Assembly (NCBI GenBank): GCA_964425365.1
Contig: CAYRND010000001.1
Span: 1,708 to 65,707, forward strand
From: an uncultured Phycisphaeraceae bacterium
GTDB lineage: Bacteria; Planctomycetota; Phycisphaerae; Phycisphaerales; Phycisphaeraceae
DNA: 64,000 nucleotides
Reading direction: 5' to 3'
The notes below the pieces were generated by a model. The model searched no databases. It saw nothing but the letters and a program-made list of their open reading frames with translations, and had not been told where the DNA came from. Below are positions 18,472-28,504 of this stretch, one piece after another (the stretch's first letter is position 1; each line of letters starts with the position of its first letter). A program made the translations under genes and the position numbers.

Positions 18472-20088
18472 TCAGCTTTCTTTCCGTTTCTGATTCAGTG
18501 TCACCTGCAATAGAAGCACTTCGAACGGTGCCAGATCGCAGGATAAGGTGTTACCCCGCACGTCGGTCGGTTTGTCGCGTTTCGTCGAACTGACGGAAAG
18601 TGCACGTATCACTTCGACCCGGTCCGCACCTGTGAACAGCAGTTTGAGCCGGGTATCTTCGTTTTCATGGCGACGATATATTTCCGAAGCTTTTTTGAAC
18701 AATCCGGCGTACGCGGCCGATTCTGTTCGCCCATGCCGCAACGCATGTTCGAGATCAAGCATACTACTGTAGTTGAGAATCACTTCTCGCGGCACCTGCT
18801 GCTGCAACAGGTAGTCGATAGCCGCGGCACCTGCCGCGGAATAACCAGTTGACCATACCGCTATGGTCATTGTGTCGTCCTGTTCCCGTGAAATAACCAG
18901 TCGCCGATCACCCTGTCGACGATATGAGGAAGGAACAGTCATGATGGCGATGCCTTCCGATCTCGTCGCCAGTTCATGGAACATCCGGTGAATGTGGTAC
19001 ACGTTTTTCTTTTCGAGTTTCTGTGAGATCAATCCATAGCCGCTCTGGTCCCGGTTCGGGACGAAATCCTCCCACGCCGCGAATGTCTGTAGATCGACAC
19101 CGGCTTCATAAAGGTCATAAAACGTATCCGCGGCGAGTGCGGCCGACTCTTGAATACCGCGGTATTTTGAAACGTTGTTCCATTCTGAAACGACGAATTC
19201 CGGCAGGTTCTTGAAGCCCAGCTGGCGACATTCCTGCTCATACGAGCGTTTCGCTTTTCCGATCAGTGACCCGGCAAAGCTGCCGAAATGATGCCATGAA
19301 ATAAAGTCCAGCGGCAGGTCATGGCGGTGAGCATAACGGATCAACTCGATAGTCAGCATGTCACGATCAGGATTTCGCTGCACCCGCCCGTTCCAACTGT
19401 TAACCGATGCGCCGCCCACCTTCGCCTGCGGGTCGATTTGTTTAAGGGTGAGTGCGGTTTGCCGGTACAGTTCAAGATAATGGTCGATATCGTCATGCCA
19501 GTAGGAGGTATCCGGCTCGTTCCAGATTTCATAGTAGCGTTCGACCTGTTCGAAATCGCGGAAGAATACGGCGGCGGCGGCCACAATTTCGTTCCACTTC
19601 GCGTAATCCGACGGATGATAGGTGTGGTAATGCCGCCAGTATCCTTCAATGGCCTGTGGGTCGGATGAACTGCTCAGCCATTGTGGCATGAGTGTGACGG
19701 TGATGATAAAAACCTTGTGCACCCGGCTCATGGTATTGAGATAATCACGTCGTTCCTCGAGCTTTTCCTTGAATGACTCGATATCATTCGCCTGCATCAG
19801 GACATATTCAAACGCGCCGTACAGCCTGGCGGCATGGTGATTTTGAAAGTCGGCAAGGTAAAGTCGGGCACTTTCTATTGACCTCGGATTGAGAAACACA
19901 GAGGATCTGAACAGGTCAGTCCGGGTGTTATCGAAAGACAGCCGGTCGAGGTCAATGGCAATGCCATCCGTCACCTTCGGTATCTCCTGCGGTACGGTCG
20001 CCGTTGTCTCGGCCAGGCCGCCGGTTTCACAGCCTGCCAGGCATGCCGGCAAGGCAAGCAGCATCAGAATGTTCAACAATCTTTTCAA
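18472..20088 (-). CDS. Lipoprotein glycoside hydrolase, clan GH-A (GH39 / PslG-like)
   Basis: A lipobox signal MKRLLNILMLLALPACLAGC, the acid/base region YYEIWNEPD, and a candidate nucleophile VVSEWNN. Confidence 0.65.
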   Translation of the reverse strand: MKRLLNILMLLALPACLAGCETGGLAETTATVPQEIPKVTDGIAIDLDRLSFDNTRTDLFRSSVFLNPRSIESARLYLADFQNHHAARLYGAFEYVLMQANDIESFKEKLEERRDYLNTMSRVHKVFIITVTLMPQWLSSSSDPQAIEGYWRHYHTYHPSDYAKWNEIVAAAAVFFRDFEQVERYYEIWNEPDTSYWHDDIDHYLELYRQTALTLKQIDPQAKVGGASVNSWNGRVQRNPDRDMLTIELIRYAHRHDLPLDFISWHHFGSFAGSLIGKAKRSYEQECRQLGFKNLPEFVVSEWNNVSKYRGIQESAALAADTFYDLYEAGVDLQTFAAWEDFVPNRDQSGYGLISQKLEKKNVYHIHRMFHELATRSEGIAIMTVPSSYRRQGDRRLVISREQDDTMTIAVWSTGYSAAGAAAIDYLLQQQVPREVILNYSSMLDLEHALRHGRTESAAYAGLFKKASEIYRRHENEDTRLKLLFTGADRVEVIRALSVSSTKRDKPTDVRGNTLSCDLAPFEVLLLQVTLNQKRKES

Positions 20089-20989
20089 TCGAACGGTCCT
20101 TGTTGAGATACGTCTGCCGGAACCAGTTACTCACGATCCGGCATAGACAATGCTGGTTGGCGAGCAGTGTAAACGTATGGTCGGAATCGGGCACGACTTT
20201 TTGTGTAATGGTACGGCTGTTCAAAAGAGTATCAGACTGATTGCCGAGTATGACATGCAGGTAGTCCAGGCCGCGGTCACCTTCGGAGTAAACCAGCAGA
20301 GTGCGTATATCGCGTTGGATGAGGTTCTGCATCTGTTTCGCGAGGCGATCCGCCACGCTGCCGACCTCTTTACCGGGCAAGATGCGGTTTTTGATCTGCC
20401 TGCCGATTACAGTCAACAGTCGCCGGTACTGAATCCGGCCGGTCAATGCCCGTTTCCAGCTATCGCGAGAGAACAGCGAGCGTTGCCAGTACTGCTTCGA
20501 CCAGTCGCGGTTCATGATGTACATATTCCACTGTCGGGAAGTTTCATATCCCTGCGCGTTCATCATGACGATCCCTGCAACCCGGTCATCCGTACCGGCG
20601 ACTTTGAAGGCGGTGACCGCGCCCGAGCAGATACCCATCAGAACGAACTGCCGACAGCAATGGCGCCGGGCCATGACGTCCATTGCCTCCCGCACTTCCG
20701 CAGCAGCGCTCTGTTCGTAGGGGATATTGTCTTTCCGTACGCCGCTGTCACCGATACCGCTGTGATCGAATCGCAGAACAATTGCACCTGATTCGGCGAG
20801 CATGCGAGCCAGTCTGACATACAATCGTGCCGGGCCGACGCGGTGGACCATACCTGCGTTGAGCAGAATAACACAGGGCGGACAGCGATCGTTCGAACCG
20901 CTATCGGGTTCGGTGATGGTGCCGATCAGGTTATGCGGCTCACTGAATACGATACGCTGCTCATTCACCGGTTCGTCTCCTTCATCCAC
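20027..20989 (-). CDS. Alpha/beta-hydrolase-fold protein with Cys at the nucleophile elbow (GICSG)
   Basis: ILLNAG (oxyanion region), RFDHSGIGDSG, and the elbow LMGICSGA with Cys121 encoded by TGC at 20629-20627. It overlaps both neighbouring genes. Confidence 0.7.
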   Translation of the reverse strand: MDEGDEPVNEQRIVFSEPHNLIGTITEPDSGSNDRCPPCVILLNAGMVHRVGPARLYVRLARMLAESGAIVLRFDHSGIGDSGVRKDNIPYEQSAAAEVREAMDVMARRHCCRQFVLMGICSGAVTAFKVAGTDDRVAGIVMMNAQGYETSRQWNMYIMNRDWSKQYWQRSLFSRDSWKRALTGRIQYRRLLTVIGRQIKNRILPGKEVGSVADRLAKQMQNLIQRDIRTLLVYSEGDRGLDYLHVILGNQSDTLLNSRTITQKVVPDSDHTFTLLANQHCLCRIVSNWFRQTYLNKDRSIEKIVEHSDAACLAGMPGRL

Positions 20990-21813
20990 TGGACAATGGC
21001 GGCGATCGCCTGCCGAGGTACGACGGCCTCGAACGGTTCAGCCAGCCAGATGCGTGAATCGGAAAGCTGACGGTATGCAAGTCGTGTTCCGCGTTGTTCC
21101 AGATGCGGCTTTAGCGCTGACGGCCCGGCCTCATCCGCGGTATCCAGCAGAAGGACCTGCGAAGCCGGGGGTGCGTTGATTTCATGGACCAGGTCGATCG
21201 CCTGGATATCATCGATCAGTCCGGAGGTGAAGTCGAATCCCATGATTTCTTCAGTGCGTCCGTCGCCAATACCGTTATCATTTATTCGGCCGGGGTCTCC
21301 GAAGCGTTTGAGCTGCGCCGCATGTTGCGGCCGGACCTGGTTGAACCATTCTTCACCGCGTAGTACGGGATCCCAAAGTACCATCTGTAGCGGTGGCGGG
21401 CCGTGCATGGCGGCCATTGCGGCAAATGTTGCGCCCAGTCGTATGCCGATTACCGTGCATGGTTGCTGTTCTGAGAGTGCGGCAAGGGTTCGTCCGGCGG
21501 TATGGATATCAATGATCCACTGTTGCACGCCAGCCTGCTTGTGTTCGCCCTCGGAATCGCCGCAGCCGAAGTAATCGAAACGCATCACGCCGAATCCTGC
21601 GGCGGCAAGCTGCAGGGTCAACTGCTTCAGTGCCCGGTAACAGCGGATATATTCGTGACCCGCCGGATGACAGATCAGCACACTCCGGCCGCATTCGGAC
21701 CCGGTGCGAGGGGGATGGAAGCAGCCGAACAGGCGGTATCCCGACGCTAGTATCTCGACCGGCCTGATGTCGGCTGATGTGTGTTCACAGGTTGGTGATA
21801 TCATATCGTGCAT
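20965..21813 (-). CDS. Alpha/beta-hydrolase-fold protein with Arg at the nucleophile elbow (GIRLG); a likely pseudo-enzyme or non-canonical member
   Basis: ICHPAGHEY, RFDYFGCGDSEG, and the elbow VIGIRLGAT with Arg125 encoded by CGA at 21441-21439. Confidence 0.7.
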   Translation of the reverse strand: MHDMISPTCEHTSADIRPVEILASGYRLFGCFHPPRTGSECGRSVLICHPAGHEYIRCYRALKQLTLQLAAAGFGVMRFDYFGCGDSEGEHKQAGVQQWIIDIHTAGRTLAALSEQQPCTVIGIRLGATFAAMAAMHGPPPLQMVLWDPVLRGEEWFNQVRPQHAAQLKRFGDPGRINDNGIGDGRTEEIMGFDFTSGLIDDIQAIDLVHEINAPPASQVLLLDTADEAGPSALKPHLEQRGTRLAYRQLSDSRIWLAEPFEAVVPRQAIAAIVQWMKETNR

Positions 21814-21835
21814 GGCAGTCCGTTATTATGATCGA

Positions 21836-24800
21836 TCAGTGTGACGGCGTCACCCGTTCGGTTTTTTCTCCAGTAACCATTTTCCGAATGGCGGCCAGCA
21901 TGGCCCTTGCCTTTTTTCCGGTGCCCGCGGCCTGTTTTGTTTCACGCAGATTATCGCATTGGGCAGCGACCTGGCTGAGGTTCTGCAGCATCAGTTCCAT
22001 CGGGTTCAGTTTGACACCTGCCTGCTCCTGCAGTTTAGCGACGACCTCCATAGCCAGCAGTGAATGGCCGCCCAGATCGAAGAAGTTGTCATGGCGCATC
22101 ACGTGTGATATGCCAAGTACCTGCTGCCATATTCCGGCGAGCAGTATTTCCATTTCCGATTCAGGCGCGGCGGACGTACCGTGGGCGTCAACCGGTCGGT
22201 GATGATCGGCGGGGCGGGGCAGTGCCTCGCGATCCACTTTACCGTTGGGCGTAAGCGGCATGTGATCGAGTATCATGATCGTTGCCGGGACCATATATGC
22301 CGGTAGCCGGTCTTTCAGGTACTGTCGAAGCATCTCACTATCATGAACATTCCCATTATCACCGACCACGTAACCGGTCAGTCTTCTGTCGCCGGGTTTA
22401 TCTTCACGTACCTGGACAACGGCTTCGCTTACTTGTTCATGTTCGAGTAGTACGGCTTCGACTTCACCCGGTTCGATTCGGAATCCCCTGAGTTTGACCT
22501 GGTTATCCATCCGGCTGATAAAGATCAGTTCACCGTCTGCCCGTCTGCAGACGAGGTCACCGGTGCGGTATAGTCGTTGCGATCCGTTCAGTCCGGGTAA
22601 GGCGACACGGACGAATTTCTCAGCGGTCAGTTCATCGCGGTTCAGGTAGCCGGTCGCCAAGCCGTCGCCGCCGAGGTACAACTCGCCGGGCACCCCGACG
22701 GGTACAGGGCGTTGATGTTCGTCGAGCACATAGGCAGTGGTATTGGCAATCGGCCGGCCGATGGGTACGGTCGTGGCATCATCGTCGACCTTGTTGATTT
22801 CATACCAGGTACTGAAGGTAGTGTTTTCAGTGGGGCCGTAGACGTGCAGAAGCCGAGCGGGTTTTCCGCCGGCCAGTACGCGTCTGACACTACCGGGGTC
22901 GACGGCCTCGCCGCCGAAGAGGACATGTTTGAACCCGGCGAAGACCGATACCTGCTCACGAGCCATCAGGTTGAACATAGCCGTGGTCAGAAACAGGGTG
23001 GTCACACCCGCTTCCTGCAGTGCTGAAGCGAATTCGCCGGGTGAGAGAATCTGTTCCTGATCGAATATCACCAGTCGTGACCCGTTCAGCAGAGCCCCCC
23101 ATATTTCAAAGGTCGCCGCGTCAAACGAGCAGTTGGAAACCTGTGCGACACGGTCCGAACCGGTTAGTTGAATATAATCGGTTTCGCAGACCAGCCGGAC
23201 GACCCCGCGATGCGGCACACAGACTCCCTTCGGCCTGCCAGTCGAGCCCGAGGTATACATGATGTAGGCCGGGTTATCACCGCCTGTTTCATTGTGGCGT
23301 GTGGTGCTGTATTGCGAGGTGATGGCCGATGACTCGCGGTCCAGACACACAAGCCTGACATGATCCGGAGCCGGGCGCTGCCACAACGACTCTCGTGTGA
23401 TCAGGATCGCCGCATGTGAATCCTCGATCATTAACCTCTGTCGCTGTTCGGGATAATCCGGGTCCAGCGGAATGTAGATGCCGCCCGCCTTGAGAATGCC
23501 CAGCATCGCCACCACCATATCAATCGAGCGATCCAGCGCGATTGCCACCGGCGTGCCGGTGGTCACGTTCAGCGACTGGAGGTATCTCGCCAGTTGATCG
23601 GTTTTCGCTTCCAATTCACCATAGCTGACCTGGTCATTGCCGTGTACGATTGCGATCGCATCAGGGTGCGATTCGGCCCGGCGAGTGAAAAGGTCGGGGA
23701 TGCCGACCTTACGCGGATAATCCGTAGCGGTGTGGTTCCATTCAGTGATGACCTGTTCATATTCACTGTCACTCAACATTGTCAGTTCACGCACCGGAGC
23801 GGAGGGATTCGATACGATCGATTCCAGCAGATGGTGATAGTGTCCGAGCATCCGCTGAATGGTCGAGGCATCGAACAGGTCTGTGTTGTAGGTTATTGTG
23901 ACCACTAGCCCGTCGTCCCGGTCCCACACCTGCGCTTCAAGATCAAAGCGGACTGTCTCGCATTTGATCATCATTTTGCGTAAGGACAGGCCGACCAGAT
24001 CGAGCGGTTCCATGGGAGCGTTCTGGAGTGCGAAGGTCATTTGAATGAGCGGACTGCGGCTGAGATCACGCTGCAGGCCGAGTGATTCGACAAGTTTTTC
24101 GAACGGCATGTCCTGATGACTGTAGGCATCGAGTGTGGTTTTGCGAACACGTTGCATGAGTTCGATAAACGGCCGCTCGGGATCGATCTGTGTTCGCAGG
24201 ACCAGCATATTGACGAAGAATCCGATGAGTCCCTCTATTTCCGAGCGGTTCCGGTTAGCCACCGGCGAGCCGGTGATGATATCATTCTGGCGAGCGTAAC
24301 GGTGCAGGAGCACCTGGAACGCGGCGAGCAGCGTCATGAAGAGCGTGGTCTGTTCACGCCGGCTGAGTTGTTTGATTGAATCCGACAGTTTTTTCGGCAG
24401 TATGTAACTCTCCCACTCGCCGTTGAAAGACTGTACCGCCGGGCGAGGGTGATCGAGCGGCAGTTCCAGAACGGGCAGTTCTCCGGATAGTTGTGATCGC
24501 CAGTAACCGAGTTGTCTTTCGAGTTCATTACCGCTGAGCCATTGACGCTGCCAGATCGCGAAATCCGCATATTGGATGGGCAGCGGTGACAGCGTCGTTG
24601 ATCCGCCGCGGGCATACGCTTCGTACAGGACCGTCAGTTCATTGAACAGTATCCCCAGTGACCAGCCGTCGGATGCAATGTGATGCATTGTGATCAGCAG
24701 AATGTGATGGTCCGTCGAGAATCGCATCAACTGCACGCGAAGCGGGTAGTCACGCGTCAGGTCGAACGGTTGAAAAGCCGCCTCGTTGATGAATCGCTGC

Positions 24801-27800
24801 GATTCCAGGTCACGATCAGCCGGTGCGATATGGCTCATGTCGATGACCGGCATATCGATCACGTCGATCGCATCGATGATCTGTACGGGTTTACCGCCCT
24901 CGTGTCTGAACCGGCTGCGAAGTGTTTCATGGCGCGTAATAATCCGGTTGACGCTTTTCTGGAGTGCATCGAGATCGAGTTTGCCTTCGAGTCCCATGGC
25001 CATGGGGATGTTGTAAACGGGGTTATCCGGCTCCATCTGGCTGATGAACCACAAACGCTGCTGGGCGAATGAGAGGGGTGCGGTATTGCCGCGTTCCACC
25101 GGTACGAGCGGGGGCGTGTCCGAAGAGTCTTGTTCTCGCTGGAGAGAGCAGAGCAGGTCGGCGAACCCGGCGATTGTGGGGCGTTCGAACATTCGAGCGA
25201 CGGGTATGGAGACGTTGAAAGTGTCATTGACGCGGCTGATGACCTGGGTAGCCATGAGCGAATGGCCGCCGATATTGAAGAAGTGATCGTGGATACCGAT
25301 CGTATCCCGGCCGAGCACCTCGGTCCATATTTCCGCCAGTCCTCGCTGGATCGGTGTCTGCGGCTCCACGTATTTCATGCTAGCTTGCGCGGGTTCTGTG
25401 GATTCGATGCGACTTAATGCCTGCCGGTCGATTTTACCGTTCGGCGACAGGGGCATCTGTTGGATCTGAATCCACGACGAAGGCACCATGTAATCGGGAA
25501 GTTGCCTGGCCGCGTATGTCCGAATGCCGTCTTTGTCGAGTGGTCTGTCGTCTGCGGGTACAAGGTATGCGACCAGCCGTTTATCGCCGGGCGATTGTTC
25601 CTGCAGGATAACCGCCGCCGCAGCTATCGCGTGATGCTCGATGAGGATCGATTCGATTTCACCGGGTTCGATCCGGAACCCTCGGAGTTTGATCTGATTA
25701 TCACGCCGCCCGCCGAATTCGAGATTCCCATCCGTCAATCTGCGGACGCGGTCACCGGTTTTGTAGAGCCGAGCGTTTTCTCCGTGACGGAACGGATCTG
25801 TCACAAACCGCTGCCGGGTCAGTTCAGGCTGGTTGAGGTACCCGATCGCAACGCCGTCCCCGCCGATATACAACTCACCCCAGACCCCGGCCGGGACCGG
25901 CTGCAACCGGTCATCGAGCACGTAGGCCGTCGTATTGGCAATCGGCCGGCCGATGGGTATCGCGTTGACGTTGTCCGGCAATGCGGCCGGTATCCTGTAA
26001 CAGCATGCGAATGTGGTGCATTCCGTCGGGCCGTAGCCGTTGATCAGTTGTGTCTGAGGCAGATGTGCCAGTGCCCGTCGGATATGCGGCACAGACAAAG
26101 CTTCGCCGCCTGTGAGTAGCTGTCGGATCGGTCTGAATATCTCCGGCGACTCCGTGATCAGCAGATTGAACAGCGACGCGGTCAGCCACAAGGTATTGAC
26201 GCCGTGGGTTTGTATGACATGCCCCAGTTCTTTACTGTCTGGTACGCGGGCCGGATAAATAACACAACGTCCGCCGTGTAACAGAGCGCCCCACAGTTCG
26301 AACGTCGAGGCGTCGAACGAAATCGGCGCAAGTTGCAGGATCACCTGCTCAGGTCCGAGTTCAGCGTAATCCTCACCGATTACCAGGCGGACGACCCCGC
26401 GATGCGGGACGATCACGCCTTTTGGTCTGCCCGTCGAGCCCGAGGTATACATGATATACGCAGGGTCATCGCCGGTGACCGTTACGCCCGGATCATCGAT
26501 CGGCATATCAGCCTGTTCATCCCTGTTGAGGTCCAGCACGAATACTTCCAGCGTATCGTTGAACTCGCCTAGTGCGGATATGAGTTGTGAATGACTGATG
26601 AGGACGGGCGGTTTGATATCAGCCAGGATCATTTTTAGTCGTTCGGCCGGATAGCCGGCATCAAGCGGCACGTACACGGCGCCTGCTTTCAATATCGCCA
26701 GAATCGTCACCGGGACGTCCGTGCCGCGATGCAGCATGAATCCGACCCTGTCGCCCGGCCGGACGCCATATTCGATCAGGCGGTGCGCCAGTTGGTTCGC
26801 CTGTTCATTCAAGTTACGGTAAGTAAGCTGCTGCCGGCCGCAGATGATCGCCACGGCATCGGGGACCCGTTTTGCCTGCTCTTCAAACAGGCTGTGAATC
26901 GAGGCGTTGCGGGGGTAGTTGACGGTATTCACGGCCAGGTCATGGGTCAGACGGTGATGGTCCGACGGGTCCAGCAGTTCAAATGTGTGCAGCGGCCGGT
27001 CCGGATCAGCCGCGATCCCTGACAGCAGCGTTTCGTAGTGGCGCAGCATACTTCGGATGGTCGATGCGTCGAACAGGTCGGTGTTGAATTCCACTTGGGC
27101 GGTCAGCCCGTCGTTCAGGTCATAAAGGTAAAAGGAAAGGTCGAACTTTGCGGTTCGCGTATCCGACCGGACGTGTTCAAAAGTCAGGCCGTCGAATCCC
27201 GATGATTCCCCGCGACTGCTTTCCAGGGTGAACATGGTCTGAAAAAACGGTGTCAGGTTCGCCTGTCGCGGCGGCTGCAACTGCTCGACCAGCATTTCAA
27301 ACGGAACGTGCTGATTCGCATGCGCCTCCAGCAGGATGCGTCTGACATGTTTCAATAGTTCACGGAAGGACATTTCAGGTGTAAAACGGTTGCGCAGCAC
27401 CAGGGTATTTACAAAGAACCCGATCAACCCTTCCAGTTCGATGCGGTTGCGATTGGCGACCGGAGAGCCGATGGTGATATCGGTCTGGTTCGTATAACGA
27501 TAGAAAAGCAGGTTCAACGCCGCCAGGCACGTCATGAACAGTGTTGCGCCTTCACTTCGGCTGATGGCTTTGAGTGCCCGGATAATCTCGGCGGGTATGA
27601 GATATTCGACGAAGTCGCCGTCGAATGTCTGTACCGCCGGGCGTGGCCGGTCCGTCGGCAGTTCGAGTAACGCCGGATGATCTGCGAGTTGCTTTCGCCA
27701 GTACACCAGTTGTCGATCCAGCACCTCGCCGGTCAGCCATTGGCGCTGCCAGCATGCGTAATCCGGGTATTGTACGGCCAGCGGTTGCAGTGTTATCTGT

Positions 27801-28504
27801 TTTCCGGCAATCAGCGAATTATAGATTACTGATAACTCGCCCATGAAGACGCTGAATGACCAGACGTCGAAAATAATATGATGGAATGTCAGGTAAAGAA
27901 TGCATTCCGCTTGATTCACCTGCAGTAAGGCGCACCGCAGAAGCGGGCCGCTTGCCAGATCGAACGGCGAACGGGCTTCACGCGAGGCGTATCGCCGTAT
28001 CTCCCACTCCTGTTCATCCGGAGGCAGATGCCGGATATCCGTGATCGACAGGTGAAATTTCTGCGGCGGTGAAATAACCTGAACAGGTGTACCGCCTTCC
28101 GATTCGAAACGCGTACGCAGTATCTCATGACGATGGATCATCGCATTCAGGCTTCGCTCGAACACGCCGATATCAAGCCGGCCTGTAACGCGATACACCA
28201 CGGGGATGATGTATGCGGTACTGCCCGGCTCGAGCTGTTCGAGGAACCACAGGCGCTGCTGGTTGAGTGACACCGGCATCCGCGGGTTGCGATCGTACCG
28301 TTCGACGGGCGGGACAATGAAGGTTTCGCCCACAGGGGTCCTCTGCTTTAAATAATCGAGCAGTTCCGTCTTGCGATCCGCCAGTTGCTGCCGGATCGAT
28401 TCGGTGATTGCGCCCCTGGGGGCATTGCACTTCAGCCTGTCACCGTCGGCCGACAGCCTGATATCGAGCGATTTCAGATGTGATAGAAATTCGCTCGTGG
28501 TCAT
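21836..28504 (-). CDS. NRPS, two modules: TubC-like N-terminal docking domain-C-A-T-C-A-T; no release domain
   Basis: Docking domain MTTSEFLSHLKSLDIRLSADGDRLKCNAPRGAI. C motifs HHIIFDVWS and HHIASDGWS. A motifs YIMYTSGSTGRPKGV (twice), YKTGD/YRTGD and PNGKxDR. T motifs GGHSL (twice). The protein ends about 70 aa after the last carrier Ser. Confidence 0.95.
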   Translation of the reverse strand: MTTSEFLSHLKSLDIRLSADGDRLKCNAPRGAITESIRQQLADRKTELLDYLKQRTPVGETFIVPPVERYDRNPRMPVSLNQQRLWFLEQLEPGSTAYIIPVVYRVTGRLDIGVFERSLNAMIHRHEILRTRFESEGGTPVQVISPPQKFHLSITDIRHLPPDEQEWEIRRYASREARSPFDLASGPLLRCALLQVNQAECILYLTFHHIIFDVWSFSVFMGELSVIYNSLIAGKQITLQPLAVQYPDYACWQRQWLTGEVLDRQLVYWRKQLADHPALLELPTDRPRPAVQTFDGDFVEYLIPAEIIRALKAISRSEGATLFMTCLAALNLLFYRYTNQTDITIGSPVANRNRIELEGLIGFFVNTLVLRNRFTPEMSFRELLKHVRRILLEAHANQHVPFEMLVEQLQPPRQANLTPFFQTMFTLESSRGESSGFDGLTFEHVRSDTRTAKFDLSFYLYDLNDGLTAQVEFNTDLFDASTIRSMLRHYETLLSGIAADPDRPLHTFELLDPSDHHRLTHDLAVNTVNYPRNASIHSLFEEQAKRVPDAVAIICGRQQLTYRNLNEQANQLAHRLIEYGVRPGDRVGFMLHRGTDVPVTILAILKAGAVYVPLDAGYPAERLKMILADIKPPVLISHSQLISALGEFNDTLEVFVLDLNRDEQADMPIDDPGVTVTGDDPAYIMYTSGSTGRPKGVIVPHRGVVRLVIGEDYAELGPEQVILQLAPISFDASTFELWGALLHGGRCVIYPARVPDSKELGHVIQTHGVNTLWLTASLFNLLITESPEIFRPIRQLLTGGEALSVPHIRRALAHLPQTQLINGYGPTECTTFACCYRIPAALPDNVNAIPIGRPIANTTAYVLDDRLQPVPAGVWGELYIGGDGVAIGYLNQPELTRQRFVTDPFRHGENARLYKTGDRVRRLTDGNLEFGGRRDNQIKLRGFRIEPGEIESILIEHHAIAAAAVILQEQSPGDKRLVAYLVPADDRPLDKDGIRTYAARQLPDYMVPSSWIQIQQMPLSPNGKIDRQALSRIESTEPAQASMKYVEPQTPIQRGLAEIWTEVLGRDTIGIHDHFFNIGGHSLMATQVISRVNDTFNVSIPVARMFERPTIAGFADLLCSLQREQDSSDTPPLVPVERGNTAPLSFAQQRLWFISQMEPDNPVYNIPMAMGLEGKLDLDALQKSVNRIITRHETLRSRFRHEGGKPVQIIDAIDVIDMPVIDMSHIAPADRDLESQRFINEAAFQPFDLTRDYPLRVQLMRFSTDHHILLITMHHIASDGWSLGILFNELTVLYEAYARGGSTTLSPLPIQYADFAIWQRQWLSGNELERQLGYWRSQLSGELPVLELPLDHPRPAVQSFNGEWESYILPKKLSDSIKQLSRREQTTLFMTLLAAFQVLLHRYARQNDIITGSPVANRNRSEIEGLIGFFVNMLVLRTQIDPERPFIELMQRVRKTTLDAYSHQDMPFEKLVESLGLQRDLSRSPLIQMTFALQNAPMEPLDLVGLSLRKMMIKCETVRFDLEAQVWDRDDGLVVTITYNTDLFDASTIQRMLGHYHHLLESIVSNPSAPVRELTMLSDSEYEQVITEWNHTATDYPRKVGIPDLFTRRAESHPDAIAIVHGNDQVSYGELEAKTDQLARYLQSLNVTTGTPVAIALDRSIDMVVAMLGILKAGGIYIPLDPDYPEQRQRLMIEDSHAAILITRESLWQRPAPDHVRLVCLDRESSAITSQYSTTRHNETGGDNPAYIMYTSGSTGRPKGVCVPHRGVVRLVCETDYIQLTGSDRVAQVSNCSFDAATFEIWGALLNGSRLVIFDQEQILSPGEFASALQEAGVTTLFLTTAMFNLMAREQVSVFAGFKHVLFGGEAVDPGSVRRVLAGGKPARLLHVYGPTENTTFSTWYEINKVDDDATTVPIGRPIANTTAYVLDEHQRPVPVGVPGELYLGGDGLATGYLNRDELTAEKFVRVALPGLNGSQRLYRTGDLVCRRADGELIFISRMDNQVKLRGFRIEPGEVEAVLLEHEQVSEAVVQVREDKPGDRRLTGYVVGDNGNVHDSEMLRQYLKDRLPAYMVPATIMILDHMPLTPNGKVDREALPRPADHHRPVDAHGTSAAPESEMEILLAGIWQQVLGISHVMRHDNFFDLGGHSLLAMEVVAKLQEQAGVKLNPMELMLQNLSQVAAQCDNLRETKQAAGTGKKARAMLAAIRKMVTGEKTERVTPSH

